NCBI GenBank assembly: GCA_001949185.1
Contig: BDGG01000002.1
Location: 1 to 64,000, forward strand
Direction of reading: 5' to 3'
From: Ramazzottius varieornatus
Taxonomy: Eukaryota; Animalia; Tardigrada
DNA: 64,000 nucleotides
Position numbers and translations under genes: made by a program. The notes below the pieces were generated by a model. The model saw only the letters and a list, made by a program, of their open reading frames with translations, was not told the origin of the DNA and did no database searches. The number at the start of each line of letters is the position of its first letter. Within the stretch, counting starts at the first letter, position 1. This document shows positions 12,824 to 25,338 of the stretch, one piece after another.

Positions 12824-13552
12824 GGTGCAAAGGGTAAAGAAAAGCTCAGGATAAAGTGGACAATCGACGCAAGCAGCAATGATCTCTTCTTTGTAAAGGT
12901 ACTCCACAAGTCAATTTTTCGTTGACATGCGCTAAGTGTCTGCGCTAGAAATGTTGAAGACCCGCGGCGGATGGCTCTTGGGCAGTTAATTTAGTATGAA
13001 CTGCGCTTCCGGCATTACCAGAAACTTTAGATATCTTGTCCGGTGGAGGGTAACGTTGCGCTTTTTCTATCCGCCAAACGACAATGAGGAAGTACGTACT
13101 AAGAGTTCGAACGGACCGTGGACGAGCAAATTGTAGCTTGTTAATCAGAATTACTTTGGTGATCATGGTGTTAGGGAGTGGTGAGTGGTCAACATACGTA
13201 TTTTTGGCGGAGAGCGCCGGAGACTACTGTAGGAGATCCAACTTCCAAACGCCAGTCATCAGGTACTTGCTCCATCGCTTCCATGCGCCGCTTGGAAAAA
13301 CGATCTTGTCGAGTTTGTGTGCCCAGTTCCCAGCTGGAAAAGTTCACGCTAGACCATTGGTCGCTACGTTTTTTGAGCCCGCCCTTACGGAGTTTACCAC
13401 AGCGCAATCATTGCGAATAGTGCATTTTCGAACTGCAGTTCTCTCATCTTTTTCGCCTTTCATTCACTTCCTGCTTCCCTTGCATTTGTTGTTGCTTTTC
13501 GACTAGTTCCAGTTCCTTTCAGGTGTCGTTATCTTGCAGCCCAAACGTCAAG

Positions 13553-14375
13553 ATGCCACCCAAAGTAAGCAAGTCGAAGAAGAAGGAGGATGGACGCTTG
13601 GCAGCCACGGTAAGCTTCTCTTCCTCATTTGCCTGGTAACATTTCCAAGAAACCCCTGTTGCGTTTCCTCGATGCAGATGGGGGTAATTCAGGAAGTGCG
13701 AGACTTATTAAAGCCATCGAATATTCGTCAGGTGCAGAAGGAACTTAAGGTCAACAATCGTCGTCGACAGCCCAGCACCAGCAGCTGTGACTCTTCAAGC
13801 GGATCTGACTCGGATTCTGACTTGGACAGCCACTCTTCCGACTGCACCACTTGTTCTAGCGCTTGCCACTCCACCGACTGCTCCACCTGCAGCCATTCCA
13901 CAGACTGTTCTACCTGCTCGGACAGCTACAGCCCGCTGCGCAATCCTCGACCAATCAAGCGAAAAACCAAAGCTCGCGTTCCTTGCGCAAAGCCGGCTGC
14001 CAAGAAGTCGACCACCAAGAAGTCTAATGGCAAAGGCAAGTCTACCAAGGGGAAGGAGAATGAATGCAAGAAGACGGAAACTAGGGAAAAGGCCACAAAC
14101 TGCGCTGTGAAGTCGACTTCTTTCGCCACCAGTACTCCCAAGAAAAAACCAGGTAAAATTACAGACTTGCTGCTCAGCCCTGCTGTAAATTCGGAATGTC
14201 GGTATGACCTAACATGACATGACACGACGAGCTCTTATGACATGACAACGCAGAAGTAAAGCTCTTTTGCGTTGATTTAGGCAAATCCGCATCTGTTAAG
14301 AAGGAGAACGGGAAGAGCAAGAGCAAAAGCAAGACGGTACCTGTTGCCACCTTAGCTAGTCCTGTTTTTACTTAG
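13553..14375 (+). CDS. Orphan basic, disordered Lys/Ser-rich protein with HSTDCSTCS repeats, 3+ exons; 3' end uncertain
   Basis: Exon 1 MPPKVSKSKKKEDGRLAAT|GTAAGC, exon 2 13678-14152, exon 3 from 14281; canonical splice sites keep the frame. Confidence 0.65.
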
Positions 14376-15817
14376 ACAGAAAAAAGATGGGGAGAAAACG
14401 TTCACAGATCGTTGTCAAAAGCAAAAGATAAATTTTATACTTTTTTATGCTCATTTATTTTGTTTTTTAAAGGTCTTGCGCGTTGCGGACCTTCCAGCTT
14501 TCTTGCTTTTGGCTTTAAGCTTTCAAGTTTTATCGTGGTGCTTTTGCACGGTTTCTAGTGTTATCCCAGTCTGCAACGGCGGAGATACCAGGTTTAACTT
14601 TGTCAGAGTAATCATGATATATCTTCTAAAATCTGGCCGATGTTTTCATACTCTTGCGTCTTTGTGGCTTCCTGGCTGTCACCAAAATACAGTTTGTCTC
14701 GAGCTGGGTCGTGTCTGGTGAAGTCCTACAGTCGTTCCGAAGGATCCGAACGAAAGACTTTCGCAGCATTCGGCTTGAACCTACCTTGTATTTTCTATTT
14801 GTCATCTGGATTTATCATTCCTTTCAGCTTGTTGCGCGAGTGGACGCGAAGAGTGGACTGTCTCGAAGATATACTCTGCTGTAAGCGCATTATACAAGAA
14901 AGTACCGATTCACTGGGTGTCTTGCAACATTTCGTGTTGGTGTTTCAGGATCGGTATGTCTGTGACAGCACGAGGCACCGCGAGAGCTCTCCAGCTCGAC
15001 CTACTTGCTGTTGCCAGGCCAGATGTGCGGCAGCGACGAGCCGCGCTCTGCTCCTTCCTTCCACCCGTCATGAACCGCAGGCTCCGAAGCACTCGAGGGA
15101 TGAGCATCGCTTGGGGTCTTGGATGGCTGCTTTACAGAAGCGCCCGTCTTCGCATCGACCTTCCGGTCGACCAAACAGGAACTCTCACTCCCCATCACAG
15201 AACCGTAAGTCCTTCTCTTTATTGCTTGAGGTATACAGCACAAGCGCAGTTGTCGCCGGTATGTTGAACGGTTCCTGTATCGGTATTCCAGGCTTGGAAG
15301 CAATCCAGTCTTTGGAGAAACAACAGTGGAAACAGAAGGAAGGGTGGCTTGGAAAGGAGCTTCGGGATCAAAGAGGAAGCAGGTCAGCGCAGCGACCTCA
15401 TCGCAGTCTTCACCATTCCAACGCTGTGACTTCCTCCAATGCTCACCTCGGATTGGCCACGGGTATCGCTGGATTTCTACCGGTCATCAAGAAAGCGATG
15501 ACTTCGCCTGCTACACTGCAGCTACAAGACGCTCTGGTCGCGGTCAACTCCAGCAAAGCCATTTATGACGGTGTGATGCAGTCGTGGTCCGCAGTGAAAT
15601 AGTTTCGTTCTCCGTTGGCTGCCGTTCTGTCGGTCTTCTGGTTAGATTTTACGCATATAGGTTTGTAGAATAGGATGCCTTGTCTTTGTATTATCCTGGT
15701 TTCGGACAGTTGGACATATCGACCCAGGGTTTTTCCCTGTTGTTCCCTTATTCCGACGGTTTTCGATACTAGCCTGCTAAACGACGCTCCGCTGTTTACT
15801 CCAATGATAAATATCAC

Positions 15818-16699
15818 TAGTGATGTTGGCATATATGAATATTATATTAAATTAAAACTTATTAGATGCATTTTGTATCTAATATATTATATTAACATTT
15901 ATTAGAAGCCTCGACCGAGGCCGGATATTCATTAGTATTAAATTAGATGGAAGCCAGAGCTGAATATATTATATTAAAATCAACTCGCAGGGCGCTCCAT
16001 ATTAAAATTATTACTATGCGATTTCGGCTTCGGTTGATTAAAATAAGGCTTGATTTGCACCAAGCGAAAGCGTGCGACTCTGCACAGTACTCTGTTGGGT
16101 TGGATCATAACGCATCACGCACCTGAACATCAACGTATATTGACCAGCGTTCAGGACGATACATTGATTGTCAGCTTCGTTTGATTGGATAGTGCAGGTT
16201 CATGAGTCCGGCGATCCACCTGCATACTTGCAATGCTCATTGCTGAATGCGAAGCTGTGTGGTTTTCCAGGTTCTGTTGTGCGATTTCGAACGCTCTGTG
16301 TGTCGTTTCTCTAAAAATTGCAGGATAGTATGAGGAAATCAGCATGGCTGGGAAAAAAGGCAGTTTCTTGCAAGAATTTTGACCTATTTGTTGCTGGATG
16401 TGAAGATTTGGTCAAATGTATGTAAGGAGGAAAGTTTCCTGGCTTCGGTAACACCAAAGCGATGTTAGGAAGGAGGAGGGAAGTTCCCTTGCTCTGTTCA
16501 CACACAAATCAGAAATATTATAATATACATTATAATATATTTTAATAAGCACCTGACGACACCACTTGATATATTAAAATCATACTAGATGCTCCGAGGT
16601 CGCGGCATATTATATTGAGACCATATTCTAACTTTGGCAGATCAGCTTTATCTAATCAAAATTATATTAGGTCGGGATACCCTAATGCCAACATCAGTA
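15818..16699. mobile_element. hAT-type MITE with family A-like termini
   Basis: TIR TAGTGATGTTGGCAT / ATGCCAACATCAGTA; TSD AATATCAC / ATTATCAC (7/8); AT-rich ATATTA subterminal repeats. Confidence 0.82.
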
Positions 16700-17178
16700 A
16701 TTATCACGTTGAAGAGCTGCAAGTGAATCAGTGGACAATGCGAAACCAGATACCAGAAGGAATCACTGACCATGGGGCAGATCAGGGCTTAAACTCGGGA
16801 ACTTCCGGTTTGGGTGGGGAGAATGACGTCGACGCACTCAGGGGTATCAGGCCAGATATCGCAATCTAGCTTTTGCGACACCCGCTGGCGCTTAGCGGCT
16901 CGGGCAGTTAGGCGCTGTCAGCGCTGGCCTCTGGGTGGGCCGCGGGCGACTGACACTGCAACGTTGGACGGTTGATTTAGACAGTGGAACCCCATAAACA
17001 CAGAACGGCTCTCCAAGATCAAGTACAGCCCATTTCATAAACGGCAATCAGTTAATCAATATTTTTTAGTCTTGAAACACCACTTCGAATGTAGTTAGAG
17101 ACTTAGAGCACCGAGTCTCTTGACTGGGAAAGACAGAATCTCCGCTCGCAGTTTTCTCTGTTCACGACAGGTCGAAAG

Positions 17179-17774
17179 TAGTGCTGGCAAAAATACGATT
17201 AAAACTCGATACGATATTTTTCGATACAATATCGACGCATATTTTATCGCGGTGTTCGATATTCAATCGATATCGATATTCCGTTACGATATTTTTCCCT
17301 TACCGTATTTTCGATATATCGTATCATACCGCAGCGATATATCGATATTTCTGGAATTTTAGTTCTTCAGAATTCCATTGGTCCAAGTCCAAAAACTCAA
17401 GAAGCCGATTTCCACATAAAGTATTATTAAGATCGAAAACGTGGGATGCAGCAAAGACATGAGTATACCAAGACTTCAAACGCATAGAAACCTGGACAGA
17501 AGTAGTACCAGAACCGAATGGGCGGAGTGTGCTCGGTACACTATGGCCAAAATCAAGCCTTTGAAATCAACCATGGTCTTCCGTAAACGGGACATCACTG
17601 ACGAGTTTGCCATTCAGATCGAAAATATATCGATATGGTGCGATACGATATCGCCGAATATTTTACTGCGTTCTTCGATACGAGTTTCATATCGATATTT
17701 TCGATACTATATCTGCCGCATATTTTATCGCGAAGATTCGATATATCTCGATACGATATCGGTATACCGTACTA
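17179..17774. mobile_element. MITE with dense CGATAT/ATATCG subterminal repeats, nested in the 4-kb hAT element
   Basis: TAGTG...TACTA termini, two arms of CGATA motifs, flanks GTCGAAAG / GTCGCAGG (6/8). Confidence 0.7.
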
Positions 17775-18629
17775 GTCGCAGGAGACAACTGCGTAATTGT
17801 TGCGAGAGCTCCGCCTCGAAGACTGGCCTTCCAGCGGAGCTTTAGAATGAATCTCAGACCACTTGAGTCATCGTAGAAACTAGAGTTGCCGAGTATCCTG
17901 CATCAGCTGGTGTAGGGGGAGCTCAACCAGGCGACTGGCCGCAGCTATGACGTAGACTGCACTCGTGGCCAGCTGGCTACCACGGGGTAAATGGGAAAAT
18001 ACCCCATGTCCGGTGTCAGCTGGCCTATAAAAGCCGGCACGCGACGCCAGAAAAATCTTTATGTTGTTTAGTCTAACAGGCACCACATCAACAACGGAAG
18101 CATGCCCGTAAGTTGTTTGGGGCTCTGATCAGCCATTATGACTACCAGGCCATGCCTTAATTCCACTAGACTTCTTCCAGTTATGGGCATGCGGACGGGT
18201 GACAGAAAGGGCAATCCATGCTCAAACCCGTCACAAATTTGCATGCAGCCCCGAATGGCTCTTTTCGATTTGTGGCGGGGACGAAAGTGGCGTACAGTTC
18301 TCGTTCAGAAAATGGAGTATGGTATGGCAGTCTTTGTCACGATAGACGAAGAAGGGAATCATCTTATCAGATGTCCACAGTGTGATGAAAATATACACCA
18401 TCGATGTTGAGAACCTGTAAGCTTCTAATGTAGCCATGGGTCGATGTAGAGAAGGGTAGTATATGGTGTAATATTATTGCGGACAAACTTAAGCCCAAAT
18501 CAAAGTGGCAGTGGCTCGAAGTCATCATCATCCGTGCAAATTCGGGTAGAGGTTTCTCAATCGTTCTGAACTGTTAAGCTAGAATTGTTACAATGTAGAC
18601 TTAAAAATCCAGCGAGCCAGGCGATCCTC

Positions 18630-20052
18630 CCGAGCGGCTCCTGAACGAAGAAGAGTTTCGCGACTTCGACTTTTCTCCGAGGGAACAGCACGTCGCATGT
18701 CATGCCTGTGGAAAGAACGTGATTACGCTCGGGAAAAAGCACACCATTTTCGGGTCCGATCTTGAACGTCATCAGGGGACAAAGAAGCACGGAAAGCAGA
18801 TGTCTCAGAACACCCCCGTAGACAGCTCCTGATGAGAAAAACGTCGAGAAACGAACGATGGCTCTGCACGAAAGTCCTGGAAACATGCCAGTCAGTACTC
18901 GTTTCCAGAAGCTTTAATGACTGTGGTTCAAGAGTCTTGCTGCGGTTGGAGTGCCTGTTCTTGCAGGCGACAACTTCAGACAATTCTCGAGAACGTTCTC
19001 TAAAAGTGGAGCGGCGATACCTCAAAGGCAACGACTGATGACCGTCGGTATTCCGGAAATAAAACAGGCGGAAAAGAAACGGATCATGGGCAAGTTTTGT
19101 GGTAAGCATTGAGTCATAAACTTGCAAACCTTTGAGACGATTAATATTGCATTTTCAGGTGAAAAGTTTTCCATCGAGGTTGACTCCAGTCCGACTACCA
19201 AGAGGCACTTCTTCGCTGTTTTACTGTTATCAGAGAACTCGGGCAAGGGCGAGCTGGTCAGACTGGAGTCTCCCAACAGTGTGACTGGAAAGACTACGGC
19301 TGAAACAGTCAAGAGCGTTATGCTGGAACACGGCTGCTGTTTCAGCTGCGCGCTGATGATCACATTGGTGACAACTTGGAAGCTAGACTAACCAAATGCG
19401 AAAGCAACAGTATGCCACTCGCACCGTAAGTTTTAGAAGTTACAGCCAGAATTGCCAGCACCTTCGAGGGTCTACGGTTGGATAACGAGTTGGATCCTCA
19501 CGCTCCAGCTGAAGCAAGAACGACTGGATGGACAAGCAAACCTTGGTACACCGAAAGCAAGACTCAGCTTGTTTCTGCGCTCACTGCAGCCAAAGCCAAA
19601 CTGGATTAAGTCTCCAAGGAACATCCAGAATCCAAATTCTGATTGGGGTAAGGATCTTCGAGCCAAGCCAAGCTGTCAGGATGATGGAAGACCGGGAATG
19701 CGTCCGTATGCGCGACACCACCCTTGCGAAGCGGGGCGTTACAGGGATAAGTCAAGTCTCGACTGCCGAAAGGACAGCTTACCTGAAGATCGCTGAAGAA
19801 GTAATGTTCATCAAGACGGGAAACCTAGACGCGCTCTGGAAGAGCCACTTAAAAGATCTTCCAATTTTACATGTCGTCGCTCTTCAGAATATTTGGACAC
19901 CAGTAAATTTGGTTGAGGTTGAGAGATGTTTCAGTGTCATCAACTCGTTTTTCGGAAAAAAGTGTTACCAGGTGTCTGAAAATAACACTGCGGTTCTTAT
20001 GAGTTTTGCTGTCAATATGAGACGATTGAAAGATTTTGACTCGTTGTTTTGA
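18630..20052 (+). pseudogene. hAT-family transposase (CGGBP1-like N-terminus), frameshifted
   Basis: VACHACGK zinc-finger start; AAVGVPVLAGDNFRQF...GAAIP; FSIEVDSSP (first catalytic Asp region); TGKTTAETVKSVM; C-terminal WKSHLKDLPILHVVALQNIWTPVNLVEVERCFS. Segments lie in different frames. Confidence 0.8.
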
Positions 20053-21291
20053 CGAGCGGTTTCAACTCGTCGTTTTGACAAGTCTCCAGCATATGGAATT
20101 GTATAATGGTGTAAATTAACAGACTTAATGATGTACAGTAAATGAAAAATTTACCGCACTTTGTCATCGATTTTGGACTTCAGTTCCACACGGCTACTTC
20201 TGTTGTTCCGCTACGTGCATTAAACTGCAAACAGACGATCTTAAACCAGTTATGTATTCTCGGAATGTTCATGCGGCGCAAATAGCAATGTAGAACTGTA
20301 GTGAACAGCTTTGTAAAGTGCCTGTCAATGCCTGGCGCTCTATTGATTGACGAGTATTACCTTGTCAGCATAGAAAAAGCGGTTAATATTTCTGGCATGC
20401 ATAGGCCAATTTATGTACGGTAGTGCGCGGCAGACTGCACTATGTAGGTGCATGTCGTGCTTTGGTACCGCGCTCGGCACCTGTTCTTTAATTCGCCAAA
20501 AACGCAGAATTTCCAGCAACTCTAGTAGAAAGCTGTTCAGGCATTCTAAAGCCCTTAAATTGAGGCAAACTATGGCAAGCCTGAGCCTATGGCGGAAGAT
20601 CAAAGACAAATTTCTTGGCACCGAAAGTGGTCTCTACCATTTGTCATCTGCTGTACGTACAGGCATAGTGCATTATTATACCCTGTTGATCGTGCAGTGC
20701 CGTCAAGTGGTACTATCAACAAGGTTATTAATTCCGTATTGATAAATACGCCAACATCTTCGAATGATTAGTACAGAATTGATTGATCAAATCCGAAACT
20801 ACGACTCATGCCTCATCAAAAACTTGGAAAAATTCGTCAAAAAAATTAGAAAAATCAGAAAAAATCGGGGAATCATCCTGGGTAAAGGAGCGTGCTGTCT
20901 GGAGCTCGAGCTTCCTCTGATAAGTTCGAGATTCAGATTTCCTTGGGTATTGATATTAGGCTGGCTAAATCACCCGTCCAACTGCCAGTCTGGCAGCCTG
21001 GTAGTTTTGACTTTTCTGCCTTCATCACTTCCGGTCGTTCTTTCCGGAACAATTCCCATCTCTTCTGGATTTACCTGCTTGTTTCTTCCACCATCGGTGG
21101 ATATCAAGTTGATCTACACTCTGTGGACGATCCGGGTTATCTTGGATTGTGCCGACGCCATCGTCCCCATATCTATTATCCCTTCCTTCGTGTTGTCAAC
21201 GGTAAGCGACTTATCTGCCAGAGGCTCTTGTCTTGTTCCTTGACGTCTGTCATTTAGGGTCTAAGGCAACGCGTGAAGGAGGCTTGTTAAT

Positions 21292-23476
21292 ATGGACGGC
21301 GGACAGCAGGATGATCGTAAGCCGACAGCAGCCACCACCAAGCGGGAGAAGAAGTGGTACTTTACCTCGGAGCAACTGCGCAAAACTCCCTCCTCAGCCG
21401 CCACTGCCAACGAAGTGGCAGGCAAAGATGCCTGGTACCGTCTACAGTGTGCCGAGCTGGTGCAGGCCATCGGCAGTCGTCTGCGTCTGCCGCAGATTGC
21501 CATCAACACGGCCATCCTGTACATGCATCGCTTCTATCAGTTCCACACCATGAAACGCTTCCACCGGGAAACGATGGCGCCCGTCTTTGTCTTCCTGGCA
21601 GCCAAGGTGGAGGAAACGCCCCGCAGGCTGGACGATGTCATACGGCACACCTACAAGCTGCTGAATGTTGATGGGCCAGAGCTGAATGCCGAGTCGGAGA
21701 AGTATTCGGAAGCTGTGCAAGACTTGACGACGCACGAGAATGTCCTGGTGCAGACGCTGGCCTTTGACTTGTCCGTCACCCATCCCCATACCCACGTTAT
21801 ACAGTGCTGCCAGTCGCTGCAGAACGCCATCCGCATGGACGAGAAGAAGGGCCTGGATGAGAAGTCGCGCCAGGAGAAGGAAGCCATTACCAAAGATCTG
21901 TCTCATGCTGCCTACGCGTTGGCCAGCTGCTCTCTGCATTACACCCTACTGTGTATCCAGTACAGTCCTGTCATGGTAAGACATGACGCATAAACACTAA
22001 GCTCCTCAGTGGACATCAGAACGATGCACATCAGGTTAAAAGATTGTTACTTGGTGGCTCTTGGCAGTCAAGTTTTTAGGTCAAGCAGTGTGAGTTGATT
22101 TATCTCGGTTGATTGGGCTGATGGTTAGCTGTGGTGTCTGCAGGTGGCTGCCATGTGCATATCCGTTGCGTCGGCCTGGACCAAGGTGCCTCTGCCTTCC
22201 GTTTCGCAAGAAGGGAAACACTGGTACGAATACATGGATGCCAGCCTGACCATGGCACAGATCGAGGCGGTTAAGGGTGACTTTCACCGGAGCATTTCCC
22301 TCTATCCCGAGCGTATTCGGGAGAAGATTCTGGCTCAAGTGATGGGCAATGGCCGGACATCGTCGGCCAAAGCGCCAGCAGCCTCTGCGGTGGCGGCGCC
22401 CGGTGTAGCCAACAAGGTGAATATAGTGGCCAGAAGAAGCTCTAGGGTTTGGCTAGCTGACAGAGCGAGAGGGGGGCATGGCTGTGGAACGTGTAGCGGC
22501 GGTTTATCATGACAGTACCTCGCGTCCATCGATGCAGCCTTGTCAACCCTCCTTTGCCCAGCTATGACCTACCTAGCTGATTTCTCTGTACTTTCAGTCG
22601 AGCTCGATCCCCCAGGATCCTGCCAAGCGTACACAGACGCCGACCAGCAGCTCGGCGGAAGGCTGGAATCAGAGTAAGTCAGGTTCACAGCTGTCCACTC
22701 CGCAGAAAACAGGCGAGGCCCATCCGCCAACCTCTGACCGTCCTCGGCCAACGCAGCCACCTCCTCCGCCACCTCCAGTGACTGCCAAGCGTCCGGTACC
22801 TGCTCCTCCAGCTGAAGCTAGACATGCACCACCAGGCGCTCCAGAAAGGCAGTCCACTCGTCCTTCGCAAGGCCTACTTCCGCTTCCTGTAAGACAGATA
22901 CTCTCCAATTTCCTACATACTGTATTTTGCAGTATACAGAATGCACCATCTGCCATTTGGGTCATTTTTTACGGTTTGCAAGTTGGCTTTACTGCTTACA
23001 AAAGCGTAATTCCAGCTGGGAAGCGCAGCAAAATATCCAGATGGAAGACCATGCAGGGATGCATTTTGTAGCGATACACTGTACACGCGNNNNNNNNNNN
23101 NNNNNNNNNNNNNNNNNNNNNNNNNNNNNNNNNNNNNNNAGGCGCGTGTACGTCTAAAATGGTGTGAAGTTTCTCAGCGGCAGACTTTGAGCGGCGTGGG
23201 CCATTAACTTTTGCTGGTACTGGCTCTACGGCAGGTTGAGGTTCTTACGTCTATTCTCTGCTGCAGGTAATGAGGTTCGCGGCAGATGATTTGGGAAGGG
23301 AGGTGTTAGCAGCTGGCGCTCGTCATCACGCTGCCAACGAAGGCCCGCATCGCCCTGGCCTAGACAACGCTCCGCGTTCCGATCGACCTGCGACAACCAA
23401 TAACTCAAAGAGACCTTCAGATTCTTCCGACACGCCAGAAAGTGCCAGCAAGAGGTCGCGACCCAGCGCAACTTAG
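21292..23476 (+). CDS. CCNT: Cyclin T (P-TEFb subunit), 4 exons
   Basis: KWYFTSEQLRKTPS, RLRLPQIAINTAILYMHRFY, FLAAKVEETPRRL, LVQTLAFDLSVTHPHTHV, GKHWYEYMD; exons about 21292-21975, 22144-22416, 22598-22888, 23267-23476. Confidence 0.93.
23084..23148. mobile_element. Collapsed TA-flanked MITE in cyclin T intron, mostly gap
   Basis: TA|CACGCG-NNN-GGCGCGTG|TA; same termini as 29442-29608. Confidence 0.55.
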
Positions 23477-25338
23477 TTTTTCACACACCAACAGTTTGTG
23501 GTTCAAGTGAACAGTTTTGGGAAAGCCTTGGTTCGTAAGAAGATTGCTTTTGGGAGTTCTCGACATATGTTCAACGATGCACTTCCATTTGATAACCTTG
23601 AGATGCAGGCTACGTTTTCATTGTAGATGGGTCTTACAACTTTCTTCCAATTCATGTCTCGTTTGTTGGAGATGTTTGTTGAAAATCTCCTGAGGGAAGC
23701 TGATTAAAAGGTCAGATGAGACCAGCGGCCTCTTGTTTGTCGAATTCCTTTAGTCGAATTGCACCGACTGATGGCGAAGCTTCCGTCTTGGCCGGACACG
23801 ATGGACAAGGACAGTCACACAAACTGGGACCTGTGGTTGTGGTGAATTAAGTAGAGTGAAGAAGATCGTTGGGCTGGCTGGCTGGCTGGCTGGTGGTCGT
23901 GGACATGAGGTGCCGATGTGAAATGGATGATGACGGTACGTCAGTCGAGCTTTTCTTTATTGGTGAATGGAGGCAATGACGGTAAGTGGATTTCTTTCAG
24001 TTCGTATAGGTCAAGAGTCAAAGCAGGCTGCTTAGCAGCCAGCTCCCCACCCAAATGGAACTCAATGCAGTCGTCCAAGGCAGCCAAATCTGTCCTGCCG
24101 AGTAACCCAGCCTCCTCGACCAAAACGGAGGCTATGGTTGTAGTACCATCATTATAGCGCCAGATGTACTTCAAGGATTGCCAAACTGGACTTTTGGTAT
24201 TCAGATGGTTCAGACGGCATGCAGTATTTCATGGCTGCACTGATTGGTCTTACCTTTGCTGTTTCATTGTATCGTACAGGAGCGCAAGTCGGATTGGTGG
24301 GCGGCATAGGATATGGTAAGGTGAATCTGAGTTAGTTGGGCAGGAAGAAAACTGTCGGATGGTGAATTAAGCGAAATCTCTTGCTTGCCGGCTACAAGCT
24401 GCTCCAGGCTCTACGGACAAGACTAATCGCGTAAGTCTTCCTGGCCCAAATCTGCCTTGCGGCATTTACCTGGGTCTGACGGACCGTTAGAAGAAGCACA
24501 AAGAGGCTGTCAGCGGCAGGCCAGGGAGAGCACCTGGGTTAAAACCGGCGAATTTATACGGAATCGTAATATGGAAGCTACTTGGACATTTCACAGCCGA
24601 ACATTCAGGCCAGGTTTACGGTGGCACCGTGAAATATCTTGGTGGATTTCGCTGGTTTCTGGGCTTGAGGCTGAGGAAAGAGCAGGGTGTCAACCCAAAG
24701 CGGCAGAAGAATCTTCCCAGAGGAAGGAAGAATGAGAAGAAGGAAAAGTGACGTCAGTTGAGGAGTCATGAAGCACGCCTTTTTCATTGTTACGTTGATA
24801 CATGCAGTTGTCTGCAGTGTTAATAATTATTGTTTCCGGCATGTTCACCAACCTTTAGCTAGCGTCTTGCCTTATCGTTCGGCAAATAATTGTGTTTTGC
24901 AGTGCAAGCGAGCGAGCTGACTTTTACGGTGCTGATAGTGATAGGGAGCCAGCGCTTTAGCCAGAGATTACACGGTTGGAATCAACAGTCAGCTTGGCCA
25001 TTACTGATGGTGATAGCCAGTCATCGGAAATGGCCTTGTAAGCATAATTCAATCAGTAGCATTCTCCATGCCAGATGAATAGCCTTCTGTAGATGGACAA
25101 GTGTACAGTCGAAACTCCTCGGAATTTTACGCCGTAATCTTGGTCAGCCTAAGTTTATCGCCAATTGTCATTGCAGCTGCATATTGCGTGGCCTTTTGCT
25201 GGCAAACAGGATGGCGCACACTGTCGGACGATGGGCTTAGGATGGCCCGGCGAAGATGTCAATATTCAACTTTTGCCAAGCTGCGTCGTTTTAGATTTGT
25301 GCCAGCGGTAGTTGGGGGTTAAGGTAGCGCGGTGAAGG

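Larger units (their letters stand above)
16959..20984 (+). mobile_element. Decayed ~4-kb hAT DNA transposon with family B ends and a transposase relic
   Basis: Left end CAACGTTGGACGGTTGATTTAGACAG and right end GGCTGGCTAAATCACCCGTCCAAC match the family B TIRs; internal transposase fragments; no clear TSD. Confidence 0.78.

Noticed and set aside
14640-15602. 320-aa plus-strand ORF
   Set aside because: Splice-like signals suggest a gene may exist, but no motif is recognisable and the coding frame cannot be decided.
17190-17765. CGATAT-rich repeats as a CRISPR-like array
   Set aside because: No constant repeat-spacer periodicity, eukaryotic context and no cas genes; they fit MITE subterminal repeats.
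23700-24750. Short ORFs and splice-like sites between cyclin T and the RhoGEF
   Set aside because: No consistent stop-free model on either strand; may be UTR exons or a relic.
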